Assembly (NCBI GenBank): GCA_951406725.2
Contig: OX597821.1
Location: 71,982,001 to 72,046,000, forward strand
Direction: 5' to 3'
Source: Octopus vulgaris
Lineage: Eukaryota
DNA: 64,000 bases
The first letter of the stretch is position 1, and the number at the start of each line of letters is the position of its first letter. Below, piece by piece: positions 38,450 to 50,937 of the stretch. Made by a program: the position numbers and the translations under genes. Under the pieces are notes generated by a model. The model did not search any database, was not told the origin of the DNA, and saw only the letters and a program-made list of their open reading frames with translations.

Positions 38450-39284
38450 CAGGGTGGATGGAAAGTAAGTAAGCGTTAAAAATTGGTAATAAAATCCATA
38501 TTCCTTTTACAAATTTATTGAAACCAACGATACATGTTCTTTATTACATGGAAAAATTAAATTAGATCTTCCTATTTCAATGTAAGCATCGGAGGCGTCA
38601 ACAAGTTTCCTCAAACGGCCAGGGATTGAATGAACAACCTTCTCCTGAATTCGTGTCTCCAAGTCCTCCAGAGTGCGAGGTTTTGTCTTGTACACCTCTT
38701 TTGTCTAAGCCCGCAGATAAAAATCACATGGAGTGAAATCTGGCCTTCTTGACGTTCTGGCCTTCTTGACTTCTGCTGTCACAGTCTTCAGGCTTTAACT
38801 TCTGCGCGTAATGGGATATCCACGGACGAAAATTCAATTCTTTATGCAACACCGTACGTATTGTGTGTCTTGTTAGTTCACTTTCATGGGCTGCTTAACG
38901 TGTTAATTTTTGTGGGCTGCGATTAAACATTTCCTACACTGTTGTCACGTTTTCCGCTGATAGGGATGTGGTTGGACGGCCACTTCTTGCATCGTTCACA
39001 GAGCCCATGAACTTATTGTCTCCGGACATAATGTTACATGCTTACCTTTCCATGCACGCCACCATCCCTGAAGCAAAACAATGGAATTCCACACTTCATA
39101 GCATGCTGCTACCTTAGCTTGCTCCTGAACAATCAAGCGATCGGCCACCTGGAAAATAAAACAATAAAAAAATAAGAAATCCCCATTAGTGATGTCTGTT
39201 TAAAAAATGTTTGCATCATGACTTCTGTGATACTAAAAATTCTATAAGCAATTTCTAACGCCTAGTTACTTTCCACCCACCCTG
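38450..39284 (-). mobile_element. Internally deleted Tc1/mariner element (rosa/DD41D-like)
   Basis: TIRs cagggtggatggaaagtaa / ttactttccacccaccctg with TA flanks. Minus-strand SGRPTT..FNRSPQK..HKELNFRPW..QKLKPED is joined directly to PDFTPCDFY..YKTKPRTLEDLETRI; most of the catalytic domain is missing. Confidence 0.85.
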
Positions 39285-39574
39285 TATATATATATATATA
39301 CATATATATCATATTCATGGTCGTGGTTATTAGCTCCGTAGTCTTCAGCATGTATTTAGGTAGCTGTGTACACTGTAGAAATGCTGGAATACTATTAAAT
39401 ATGCATACGTCATCATCCAGTCACAAGACTAATTGACGTAACTGTAATGTTAGCATATGCAATAATAGTGGTGTAATCTGTAATCCGTTACGTGCAAGTA
39501 AACTGCCTTGTTATTGAAACATTTGTAACATATCATTATCTACTCGTCACAAATGCACCACAGCTTGCACATAC

Positions 39575-40130
39575 AGGCCCCGAAAGCATTGCAATCCCAG
39601 AGTTACAGATACTGAAAGACTTGGGGATCAGTATGATATTTGCCAATATAATGTGGCTGTCCTGAAAGGGACGATGTTACTGCTGTTTTAACCCCAGGAA
39701 ACATCGTTTCAAGCTGGCGATACGACACACTCTCTGTGTCCTTATATTTTCGATAGTGTGTCGTATCGCCAGCTGAAAACGATGTTTCTTGAGGGCTAAA
39801 ACAACAGTAACGTCGTCCCTTTCAGGACAGCCACATTATGTTGGCAAATAGCCTTTACTTTAAAGAACTATTACTGAATGTCCCTCCTTGAAGGATTTAG
39901 AAACAATAATATTTCTCTGCATCATTTCATGAGCAAATTACCAAGATGGCAACATAGTGAAGACAACAGGCAGGCTAGGTACTAAGGTCCTTCAAGCCTA
40001 GAGACCAAAAAGTCATATTGACCCCTGTGGAAGACCTTTGGTCCGAGCTACATGGACTACTGCTTTCAGCTGTGGTCACCACATAATCTCAATCTAATTG
40101 CGGAGCTTGAAACGATTCAACACCACTAAA
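39575..40130 (+). mobile_element. CR1/L2-group LINE C-terminal fragment interrupted by a palindromic insertion
   Basis: LKDLGISM before the insertion; FHEQITK..VLRSFKPRD..MDYCFQLWSPH..IAELETIQ after it. Confidence 0.7.
39637..39850. repeat. ~95-bp inverted repeat with 23-nt spacer
   Basis: 39637-39731 versus reverse complement at 39755-39850, roughly 90% matched by eye; a related single arm lies at ~2600-2710. Confidence 0.9.
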
Positions 40131-40678
40131 CATGGTTGCCACACCGCAGTAGCAGATGAATGACTGGAAGGGGCCGAAAAAGTAATGACTTTACTCTTGG
40201 GAGTGAAAATGTGATTTGGTTTACTAGATTCATTTACTAGTTTTATTCAATAAATTTATTATGTATATAGAGGTATTTATTTTTGAATTACTATTAGCTT
40301 ACGTTTGACATAAAAATGGTAATTTATACTTGTATAGATAGGAGTAAATCTTACACTAAATTATTAATTCCCGTAATGTTTATATAGATAGGTAGTGGAA
40401 TTTGATGTGTTTATAATATATTCGTTGAGGGTTTCATTAAGTTTAGAACTTTCTATATATATCGGTATTGTATTTTTAGGTGTTTAATTTTATTAATCTT
40501 TATTAATTTGTTAATTTTAAAATATTTTTTTTAGTTTTTTAACTTCTTGATATTTAAAAATATATTTGTAAGTTATATATTTTCATTATATTTTTATTTA
40601 TATTCTTATTTTTCTATTTAATATGTATTAGAATATGTAGTCTTAACTTTGATCCGTTACTAATAATAACAATAAGAT

Positions 40679-40764
40679 AAATAGCCTGAGGACGTACTGG
40701 TGGATTTATGAATTAGGTTTAGCCTGGAGAAATGCACCACTAGTGCAGAAACACGTGTAGCATT
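40679..40764 (+). ncRNA. Type I hammerhead ribozyme fold
   Basis: CTGAGGA 40686-40692; 10-bp stem II gtactggtgg/ccactagtgc; GAAA 40748-40751; palindromic acacgtgt; GUA; weak stem I aatagc/gcatt. Confidence 0.65.
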
Positions 40765-41165
40765 GATTAAAAAATCTTCTTTCCCCACAGACTAATAACA
40801 GGTAAAGTACATATATTTTTTCAAATATTTCTTTTAAATAAGTTTCTTAAATAACTTTATTGTACTTTATAGTAGATTTTAAAATGCTTATATTATTTTA
40901 TCATTATATAGAATATAACTTTCTATGTGTATTCCAGATAATAAGGTTGTCCTGAAATAGAAGTTGGGGTTCTATTCGAAAATCCTAAATTTTTAATAAT
41001 ATTATAAATGAGACTGTTTTCATTGCATTAGTAAAATGTAAAATAATAGTAAATATCATGATAACCTGGAATACTTATTATTCCCTAGGTTTAAAATATA
41101 TATACATATACATGTGTGTGTGTGTGTGTTTGTGTGTGTTTGTGTGTAGATATATATAAATGTAG

Positions 41166-41216
<51 letters not shown>

Positions 41217-41219
41217 TAC

Positions 41220-41277
<58 letters not shown>

Positions 41278-41402
41278 TGTATAGAGGGCATTATTACACA
41301 TAAATGCCACACGCTAAGAGGGATATAAGTCATTACTACCAAAATTTAACGAATCATACCGAATGCAGCTCTCGAAGCAAGACATTTAAAAAACTGAATT
41401 TA

Positions 41403-41466
41403 GTTCTATATCACCTGTGATTTCGCAATTAACGTATTAAATACATCTTTTGTTCATCAGTAGAAC
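41403..41466 (-). ncRNA. Type I hammerhead ribozyme fold
   Basis: Minus strand gttcta-CTGATGA-acaa..ttgc-GAAA-tcacaggtga-TA-tagaac; 6-bp stem I, stem III atcac/gtgat. Confidence 0.7.
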
Positions 41467-41883
41467 AGATTCTGAACACATCATAAATAAACATAACCAA
41501 CATACCTAGCGAAGCCAAACAGACATCTGCTTCCCTCAGCGAAGCACATGGAAATGTTTATTCATCATATATTCGGTAAATGGCGGGCTTTTTCGAACTG
41601 CATGTCGGCAGGAAAAGTTTTTCTTCGGAATAAATTTATATATATATATATATTTATAATAAGAGTAGATCGTATACGGGTGGGTATATATTCCATTCCA
41701 TTGGAAGACAAGGAAACAAAAAAACGGTTCCTTTTGACACCAGCAAGAAACAATAATGAACTTCTTCACTACACTCAACTGTAATATAGCGATTATACCA
41801 ACTACCGACAAAACACCACCACATGGATTCTATTGAGACCGGTAAAAAACGATTATGAACTTTTCTATTGCACTTTTTATAAT

Positions 41884-41928
41884 ATTTTTGATAAGGTTCG
41901 TTTTTTCAAGAACCGAAACATGTAAAAT
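41884..41928 (+). ncRNA. Degenerate hammerhead fold
   Basis: attt-TTGATAA-ggttc..gaacc-GAAA-catg-TA-aaat; two transitions away from CTGATGA; (TA)n follows at 41980. Confidence 0.5.
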
Positions 41929-41974
41929 TCATAAGAAAATTAAAATTTATCTAATATAGTGGCGTTTTCAAACT

Positions 41975-42038
<64 letters not shown>

Positions 42039-42206
42039 TACATTTTATCAAGTGTCATTTTTGTTCGAGACCTTCAGTGCTTCCTCCCATTTTCTCTCTC
42101 TTTCATAAGGTGGTACTCCAGTATGGCCGCAGTCAAATGACTGAAACATGTCAAAGAATAAAAGAATATATGTATGTATGTTTGCATGCATGTATATATG
42201 TATATG

Positions 42207-42279
<73 letters not shown>

Positions 42280-42282
42280 TAT

Positions 42283-42327
<45 letters not shown>

Positions 42328-42353
42328 TATATTTATATGTGTGTGTATTTATA

Positions 42354-42404
<51 letters not shown>

Positions 42405-44187
42405 TTTTGGGTATTTTTATTCAACAAGTAACGTGAAACTTTATTATCTTTCTCATATGAAACACCGCAATAAAGTAATAAAGTTCTCCCTCGCTAGCGC
42501 TGTGGCCACTAAATCATACACCGAGCAAAATCAACTCCCAAAAGCAATTGTTTGTTTTTCTAACATCAAATACTCTACAACCATCTCGTTACTTGCTGTC
42601 ACTTATATGAAGCATTTTTCTTTTCCTATTTTCATTTGTTGTTGTTGTTGTTGTTGTTATTGTTGCTGCTGAGGTGTAAAGAAAGTATTAAAATATAGCC
42701 TGTTCGGAGTCTACTGGCTGCTTGGCTGTTTTCAGCGTTTTAGCATTTTGTATTTTCTTTTGTTCGCGTTGATATGGTGTAACATAAGAGAAAACCACTT
42801 TCAACAGTATGTACCATATTTCCCGCCCTTTGTTGCGCTGAGAATTACATAATATTCTCTGTTTCTTTGTCAATGACATCCGAACAAACAATTACGTCTG
42901 TTTAGTAATTTAGCACTTTTGCTAATACAAACATATTCTCTAAGGCCGGATTTTACAGTACCATTCTTGTAATCTGGTAATCACTTATTCTTTGAGCATT
43001 GTTAATTTTATAATTTTGCCATCCGAGTAGCATGTCGAAGACTCACCAAGGTACTCTCATGCCATTTCAATGCCGGTGCTAAGATAATCGCTGTGGTCCC
43101 TTCTTTTTCTGTTTTTCTTTTTTTCTTTTTTTTTTTCATGTTGGGTTTAGAGAGTTAAGTCTAAGACCGCTATCAAGTCGTTGGTTTTCTTTAAAAGAAT
43201 CTATACAGTTACAAATCTTCTGACAGGACCCTTGCTCGTCACGTTTTGACTACAAACCAAAAGCCAGAAAATATCTCACAGGAATATCGATCACATCAGT
43301 TTCACAAGTGGGAGAGAAGGACAAAGGGAATGAAGCATTCTTCTCCTCCTCGCCTTCCTTCCTCTTCCCCTGATTTACTAATTAATTAAACAATTAACAT
43401 CAAATCAAAAACATAAACTGAAATAACTGATGTTCCTCAATTTTAATGCATTCAATTTTTACGAATGTACAACGATGGAGACTGTTGAAATCGTCGTTTA
43501 GTTAAATCGGAATTTTACATTATTTCCACGCCAAGCTACAGCAGTCTTGCTATTTCGCTTAAAAACATAAAACAAAATTTTTCCAGCGTTTGTTAAACAC
43601 TTCTGGCAATACAGAAATAATTGTCTTTAAAAACATTTTGCTTTCGTATCGACTTACGTATCGTGACAAAAGCAACTGATATTTACAATGTAAAAAGTAT
43701 GTGAGAAACTGTGAATCAAAAGCCGGCATTTATAACGGTTTAATATATTATAGCTCAAGTAATCCATCATAATGTCGAGCAATGTGGGGAAAAATAATTA
43801 AAGAGAAAGTTTAGAAGAAAAAAAATATTTCACAGAAGGAAAATTAATGGACGTAGTTGAAGTCAATGGCTTCGGTCTTCGTAGAGAATTTCTTTAAATT
43901 TTCTTCCATGTATAACATCATCGAATGTATTCAGTCAAAACTGTCCCAAATCACTTCAAGAGAAAAAAAAAGAGGAGCTACAGGGTATAAAATAGTTCCT
44001 GATATATAAACAACGTGATTGCCACGATTGGAATGCCTTTCCTCGTAGTATTTTAACATCGTTATTGACATGTCACGCAGTGAGATCGAACCTGGATTCA
44101 AGTGACTGCAGATTTACGCCTATACACACACAAACACATACACACACAATCGCGTGCGCACGCGCAACACGTGCGTATATATTCGTT

Positions 44188-44607
44188 ATTCTTTTCTTTT
44201 ATTCTTTTATTTGTTTCAGTAATTTGACTGCGACCATACTGGAGCACCGCCTTTAGTCGAGCAAATCGACTCCAGGCTAGATAGAATAAGTACTAGACTT
44301 TGTAAACCTAGTACTTATTCTATCGATCTCTCTTGCCGAACCGTTAAGTTACGAGGACGTAAACACACCAGCAACGGTTGTCAAGCGATGTAGGGGGACA
44401 AACACAGACACACAAACATACACACACTCATACACACAGATATACATATATACGACGAGCTTCTTTCAGTTTCCGTCTACCAAATCCACTCACAAGGCTT
44501 TGGTCGGCCCGAGGCTATAGTAGAAGACACTTGTCCAAGGTGCCACGCAGTGGGACTGAACCCGGAACCATGTGGTTGTTAAGCAAGCTACTTAGCCACT
44601 CCTGCTC

Positions 44608-44608
<1 letters not shown>
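44188..44608 (-). mobile_element. SINE family B
   Basis: Reverse complement of 22763-23153 along its length. Confidence 0.88.
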
Positions 44609-44675
<67 letters not shown>

Positions 44676-44858
44676 TATACATATAAATATATTATACATT
44701 TACATATCCATGTAAATATAACTATATATATATAGATATGTGTGTGCGCGCGCACAGACATATAATGCTTTATATTTTTATGTATACATATAAGTACCCA
44801 CACATACTTTTACGTACAGATATACATGAATGCGCAGAGATACATGGATAACCTTAGG

Positions 44859-44939
<81 letters not shown>

Positions 44940-45306
44940 GATATGATATATTTTATATGATAATCTCACAAAGACATTCTTAACTTCATTAAAGCGAAAT
45001 GTGTTTCCTTTGATCTTCAATTGTTTCTCCTCAAAATAGTAAACCGTTTGGTATTCCAGAAGGCAGCCGTTCTGATCTTCAGTCAGCAGCTGCTAATTTG
45101 CTGCTTTAATAACTCTCGAAGACATATCCAGCTGACAATGCAGAAACGTCTCGCAGTATGGCTACTTAATAAAACAGTGGTTTTTAGAGTCAAATATTTA
45201 CCTCGGCTAAGAAACAACTATGCGTGTACAGAGGGTCCTTAGAGACCGAATGATATAACAATCAAGCTCTCTCTCTCTCTCTCTTCGCAGGCTTTGGCTT
45301 CGATAT

Positions 45307-45435
<129 letters not shown>

Positions 45436-46410
45436 TGAGTTTGGGTTTATTAATCTAAAAAGGCCCGACAGTTCCCCGTTCCCAACGTCGTCATTGACAA
45501 CTGTATTATCTTTATAGCATTTCCACTTGGATTAATGTCTTAATAGTTATCTCGTATGAATGTGTAGTTAAATATGTGTCTATAGTTATATACTGCGTCT
45601 ATAATACATACGAGAACCTCCGTTTACTTAGAGATAGTCGCAGACATGGTTCTTTGGTTAAGAAACTCACTTTTCAACCATGGGGTTTCGGAGCCAGTCT
45701 TGTTGCGAGGTGCCTTGAGCAAGCGTCTCCAATTGTAACCCTGGGCAGACCAATGCCTTGTCAGTGAACTTGGCGGATGGAAACTGTGTTGAAGCCCGCA
45801 GTAAGAATAAACACTGAGGTCGATTTGTTCGACTAAACCAGTGTTTTTTTTAGCGCCCCATTTTAAATATTTCTTATACTCAACGCCCACCAAACTGGCG
45901 ACTGAAGTATTTTGCCTAAACTTAACATGCACGATGATTTATAAATTTTACGCAAAAAATGGATTTTATAAGCTTTTGGCAGTGAAATGATAAAAAAATG
46001 AATAAAGACAAAAGTTGTAATTTAATTTTATATTTCGCAAGTTAATGACTTACCTGTGCCAGGTGAGATCTCGCTAAATTTTCTATTTCAGGTTCCATGT
46101 TAGTCAAAAGGAGTCATAAGTCTCCTCTCTGACTTATTGCAAATTAATTGCGTTGCTTAATCAGCAATTACGGCACTACACTGAATCTTTTATATAATAT
46201 AATTACAGCTATAAGAAAAAGTATGTTATGTTACCTTACCGACCCCTAAAGCCTAACGCCCTCTCCGACAACCCCTTGGGGGCAGTGCTGCCCACATCGA
46301 AAACTTCTGGACTAAACATTTCAAGAAGGTGCCCCAGCATGACCACAGGCCAATGACTGAAACAAGCAAAAGATAATAGTAATCGTTGGAACGAATTCGC
46401 TGAATCGTAA

Positions 46411-46575
46411 GGCGGCGAGCTGGCAGAAGTTAGCAGTTCTGAGTTCAAATTCCGCCGAGGTCGACTTTGCCTTTCAAACTTTCGAGGTCGATAAATTAAG
46501 TACCTGTTGCATACTGGAGTCGATCTAATCGATTGGCCTCCTCCCCCAAAATTTCGGGCCTTGAGTATAAAAGAA
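46411..46575 (+). mobile_element. SINE family A (alternative tail), preceded by a SINE B tail at ~46300-46375
   Basis: ggcggcgagctggcagaag..gagttcaaattccgccgaggtcgactttgcc..gtacc..ggccttgag. Confidence 0.75.
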
Positions 46576-47377
46576 TTCCCTGAATCGTAAGAACGTCGGA
46601 TAGAATTTCTGGCGCTATTTGCTCCGCCTCACTAGGTTCTGCGTTCAACTCTTTCCGAGGCCAACTTCGCCCTTTTTCCATTCTTTGAGAAAGAGTGTGT
46701 GGGGGGGTCTGTCTGTCTGTCTGTCTGTCTCTCGGTCTGTAAAGTACCAATATAGGGTAGGATGTGAGGAGAGTCTTCGAATCTCATTTGGGGATCTATA
46801 CCGGTTCTTTGCTTTCTGATGGTGACGCTTGCCATGACAGAAGGTCTCCCGATTGTCTGAGACTTTCCGTTAGACAACACTGGTACCGTTTCCTTATAGT
46901 TGCAATTCATCACTTACTACTCTACCCATTCCCTCCTCCCCAGATTATTTAGCATTTCGCTTTCTGGTTTTACCTTCAAATGTGGACTTGCAAAAATTCA
47001 AAAGAAACATTAACCATATCAACTTCATCAGTCTCCGAGGGTTGGTGACTAAGCCGAATATTAATCTTTCAAAATATATTTAAAGGTCTTTGATGCCGAA
47101 ATATTAGGGAAAACAAGAAGTGTTGTGACATTCAGCACTGACTTTCTTTCAACGACAAAGATGGTGGTGGGGAGATCATAGACTTTGTAAGGCTTCAGGT
47201 TAGAGCAAACAGACAAGGGATTTTACGTAACATTCTGAGTTGTCCATAACGTCAAAGGCAAAACAATTGAAGAACATTTGAATCAATCGGAGACTTGTCT
47301 ATAGAATACTGCACTCACCATTTTACTAGTAGGAATTATATTTATGTGGAGTTTATGGAATTATAAGGTAGGGAGAC

Positions 47378-47573
47378 TCTCTCTTTTACTTGTTTCAGTC
47401 ATTTGACTGTGACCATGCTGGAGCACCGCCTTTAGTCGAGCAAACCGACCCCAGGACTTATTCTTTGTAAGCCCAGTACTTATTATATCAGTCACTTTTG
47501 CCGAACCGCTAAGTTACGGTGACGTAAACACACCAGCATCGGTTGTCAAACGATGTTGGGGTGACAAACACAA

Positions 47574-47626
<53 letters not shown>

Positions 47627-47797
47627 CATATATACGACGGGCTTCTTTCAGTTTCCGTCTACCAAATCCACTCACAAGGCTTTGGTCGACCCGAGGCTAT
47701 AGTAGAAGACACTTGCCCAAGGTGCCACGCAGTGGGACTGAACCCGGAACCATGTGGTTGGTAAACAAGCTACTTACCACACAGCCACTCCTACGCC
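47378..47797 (-). mobile_element. SINE family B, full-length
   Basis: Reverse complement of 22763-23153; further partial copies at 36645-36800, 45645-45838 and 51150-51310. Confidence 0.88.
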
Positions 47798-48789
47798 TAG
47801 ACTGGTTAACATTCAAACTGTTCGCAACGATATTAATCACGTGCATGAAAGGAACCTCATATAAGCGGAAGTGGAAATCTTATTTTCGTATAATGCCCAC
47901 TATTTCAGAGGCTAACGAATCTTTAACAGGTATCTGCTCGTTGTAATGTATTACAGCGATATTATTGCATGTGCAAAGATTTACTGAAGCGAAAATTTAG
48001 CAAGCGGGGAAATAGATGATGTACAGCAAACGTTCTCCCACCTTATAACACTGGTACACAGCAAGTATTACAACTTATAGAACACACAATGTATGTGCTG
48101 AAAGGTTAACAATATATCTAATGGGAACTCGGTCTAACGAGGTGGCAGGGGGACCCTTTAGGGAAAATTCGTTTTACTTCAGTTAGTTGTTCCCGATTAA
48201 TCCGTGACTAAAATGAGGTAAAATAATAAATAGGCTTCTATCCTACCGTGTTATTAACCGAGTTCGTTGAAGTCACACAAAAGGTCACAGGTTCGTTCTT
48301 CAGAATAAGTGAGACCTCGGGGGAAATGAAAAGGGGGGAGTGCCTCTCGCTAGAAATATGTGAATCGATTAGGCGATTATTTAGAGAAATAATACAGATG
48401 GAAGCTATTAAAATCTGCCCTCACCTTTTTTCTATGATGATATGTCCAGATCTGTGCTTCACCTATTTTCCTCTTGCTCCATCTCAAATATCAATCGTCT
48501 ACAATTCACATATTCCAGATTAATCCTTCAGAAAGTCTTTTTTTTTTAAACTAGGGGTCAATAACTCAGTTATGTTTGTTATATTCCTTATTCTCGGCTT
48601 CTTCATCAAGGAAGATGGCATCGTCCATTTTCCTGAGGAAAATACAAAATATCAAGATCAGTTTATTTTTTAATAAAATAAACTTCGTCAATCGTGAAAA
48701 GATAATACATAACGGAATCACAAAATATTTTTTAAAAAGCAAATTAAAAATAGCAACTCATCATCTTCATCATCATTATCATCATCACA

Positions 48790-48844
<55 letters not shown>

Positions 48845-48847
<3 letters not shown>

Positions 48848-48915
48848 TAGTTTTATTTTTATAGCGTGCTTTCACTTCACTACCGAGCGCAGCTCTGTGT
48901 GCCTTGGGTATGTGC

Positions 48916-48981
<66 letters not shown>

Positions 48982-49260
48982 CATCAGCATCATCATCATC
49001 ATCATTATCATCATTATCATCATTGTTATTATTGAGTGATAGAGCAATACATGCTATCAAAGTGACACTGGGGTAAAATATACGAAGTTCAATACACCCA
49101 TCATGACTACCCGTCTGATAAGGGTACACCAGGCACATGCATCACAACCATATGTGCGCGACATGGTGATCTCGTATCAAGGTAAAAAGCGCATGACTTT
49201 GCAGGAGGGGCCCAGTTAGAATTTTCTTCAGGTCGAAGAGCCCATCCCGCTCAAAAGGTC

Positions 49261-49261
<1 letters not shown>
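48845..49261 (-). mobile_element. Two short non-coding inserts (48845-48917, 49034-49261) embedded in (TAA)n, probable Dong-type 3' ends or non-autonomous derivatives
   Basis: Complex-sequence islands bounded on each side by (tta)n, in the same orientation as the array at 23720-26030; no coding evidence. Confidence 0.4.
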
Positions 49262-49327
<66 letters not shown>

Positions 49328-49879
49328 GCAAACATTAGCATTATGGTTATTGTTATTAGTTCTATCATCGTCTTAATTATTATTTAGTCTCTGACCTTAG
49401 TTATCTTGATCAACATACCACCTTGTAGCGAACACATTTCGTGCGCACTTAAACACACACACACACACCAAGGCATCCACCTCAGAATGACAGCCCCAGA
49501 TGGTTACCATTATATATTATTTGACTGCTGGTCCCTATGAACTGAAGTACCTATCCATCATTCATCCACTCACACGCACGCACACGCGCGCGCTCTGTCC
49601 GGCAACAAGAGAACACCAGACATTTCTGTAAAATGTAGAAGAAGATAAAAATGATTTGTTTATCATTTCACGCGCAAAGAAGCCTCTAGAAAAAAAACTA
49701 ATAACTTGTTTTCAACGAAACACGACAATGGTTACCGTATGATTTCAGTTTTGTAGACGTCTGCACACGTGACCGGGCATTCTAATCGCTGACAGTTTCG
49801 TAAAAAAAGGAAAGAGGGAAGATGAAACCATACACACACATGCACACACACACACGCAAATATACAGACACACTTATAC

Positions 49880-49913
<34 letters not shown>

Positions 49914-50044
49914 ATATGTATGTGCATGTGTGGCACTGTTGTTACTATATTCATACATATCTACGCACATATATACATGTGTGTATATGTCTATATATCT
50001 ATGTATGTATATATATATATATATATGTATGTATATATATATGA

Positions 50045-50076
<32 letters not shown>

Positions 50077-50091
50077 GTGTGTGTATATATG

Positions 50092-50125
<34 letters not shown>

Positions 50126-50906
50126 TATATAAATATATACATGTGTATACATATGCATATATATATATATATATATCAATGTAGTTATATATATATATAT
50201 ATATATAAATATTGTGTGTATATGTCAGTATGTGTGTGTGTGTACTTATATATGTATGTGTATGCAGTATGTTCGTATATTAACAAAGTAAAGATGGGGT
50301 AAAAATATATCCAACAATTATAAATAAAAGGAAATTTTCCCCAAAGATTAAAGAGTCGTAACCTGGCTCCCTCAATCAATTTAATCTACAAACGAAATCT
50401 AACGCCATGACCAATAGATAAACAGAGGGATTAGTTAGGCTGCTCAGCTTGAAAAGTGTAATTCGAAAGATACAGCTTTGATCGTCTTTACTCTTAGAGG
50501 GGAAAAAGGGCGGAAAAGAAAGAAAAGAATGAGCAAAGACATGCGAGATATAATAGAAATTAGTTTGACGAGTAAAAACTCACCGGGAGAGGATTAATAG
50601 TCAAAGAAGGGAATTTTGTCAACGTTTTGTGTGTATACATGTGTTTAGCTCAAGTATTAAAGTGTGCGTGTGTGTTTATCTGTGTATATATTCATACATA
50701 AGCGTTTATACACACTTATACATACACAAAAATACTCCTACGTCCCGCACATATATACACTTTTACATTTCAAAGAATACGCAAACACGCGCTCGCGCGC
50801 GTGCGTGTATTAGTTCTAGCTGTAGATAGCCATTTTTTTTAAACAGACATATGGAATATGAACGAACCTAAGGTTTTGTTGAATTTTCTGCTGCTTTTGA
50901 ATAAAG

Positions 50907-50937
<31 letters not shown>

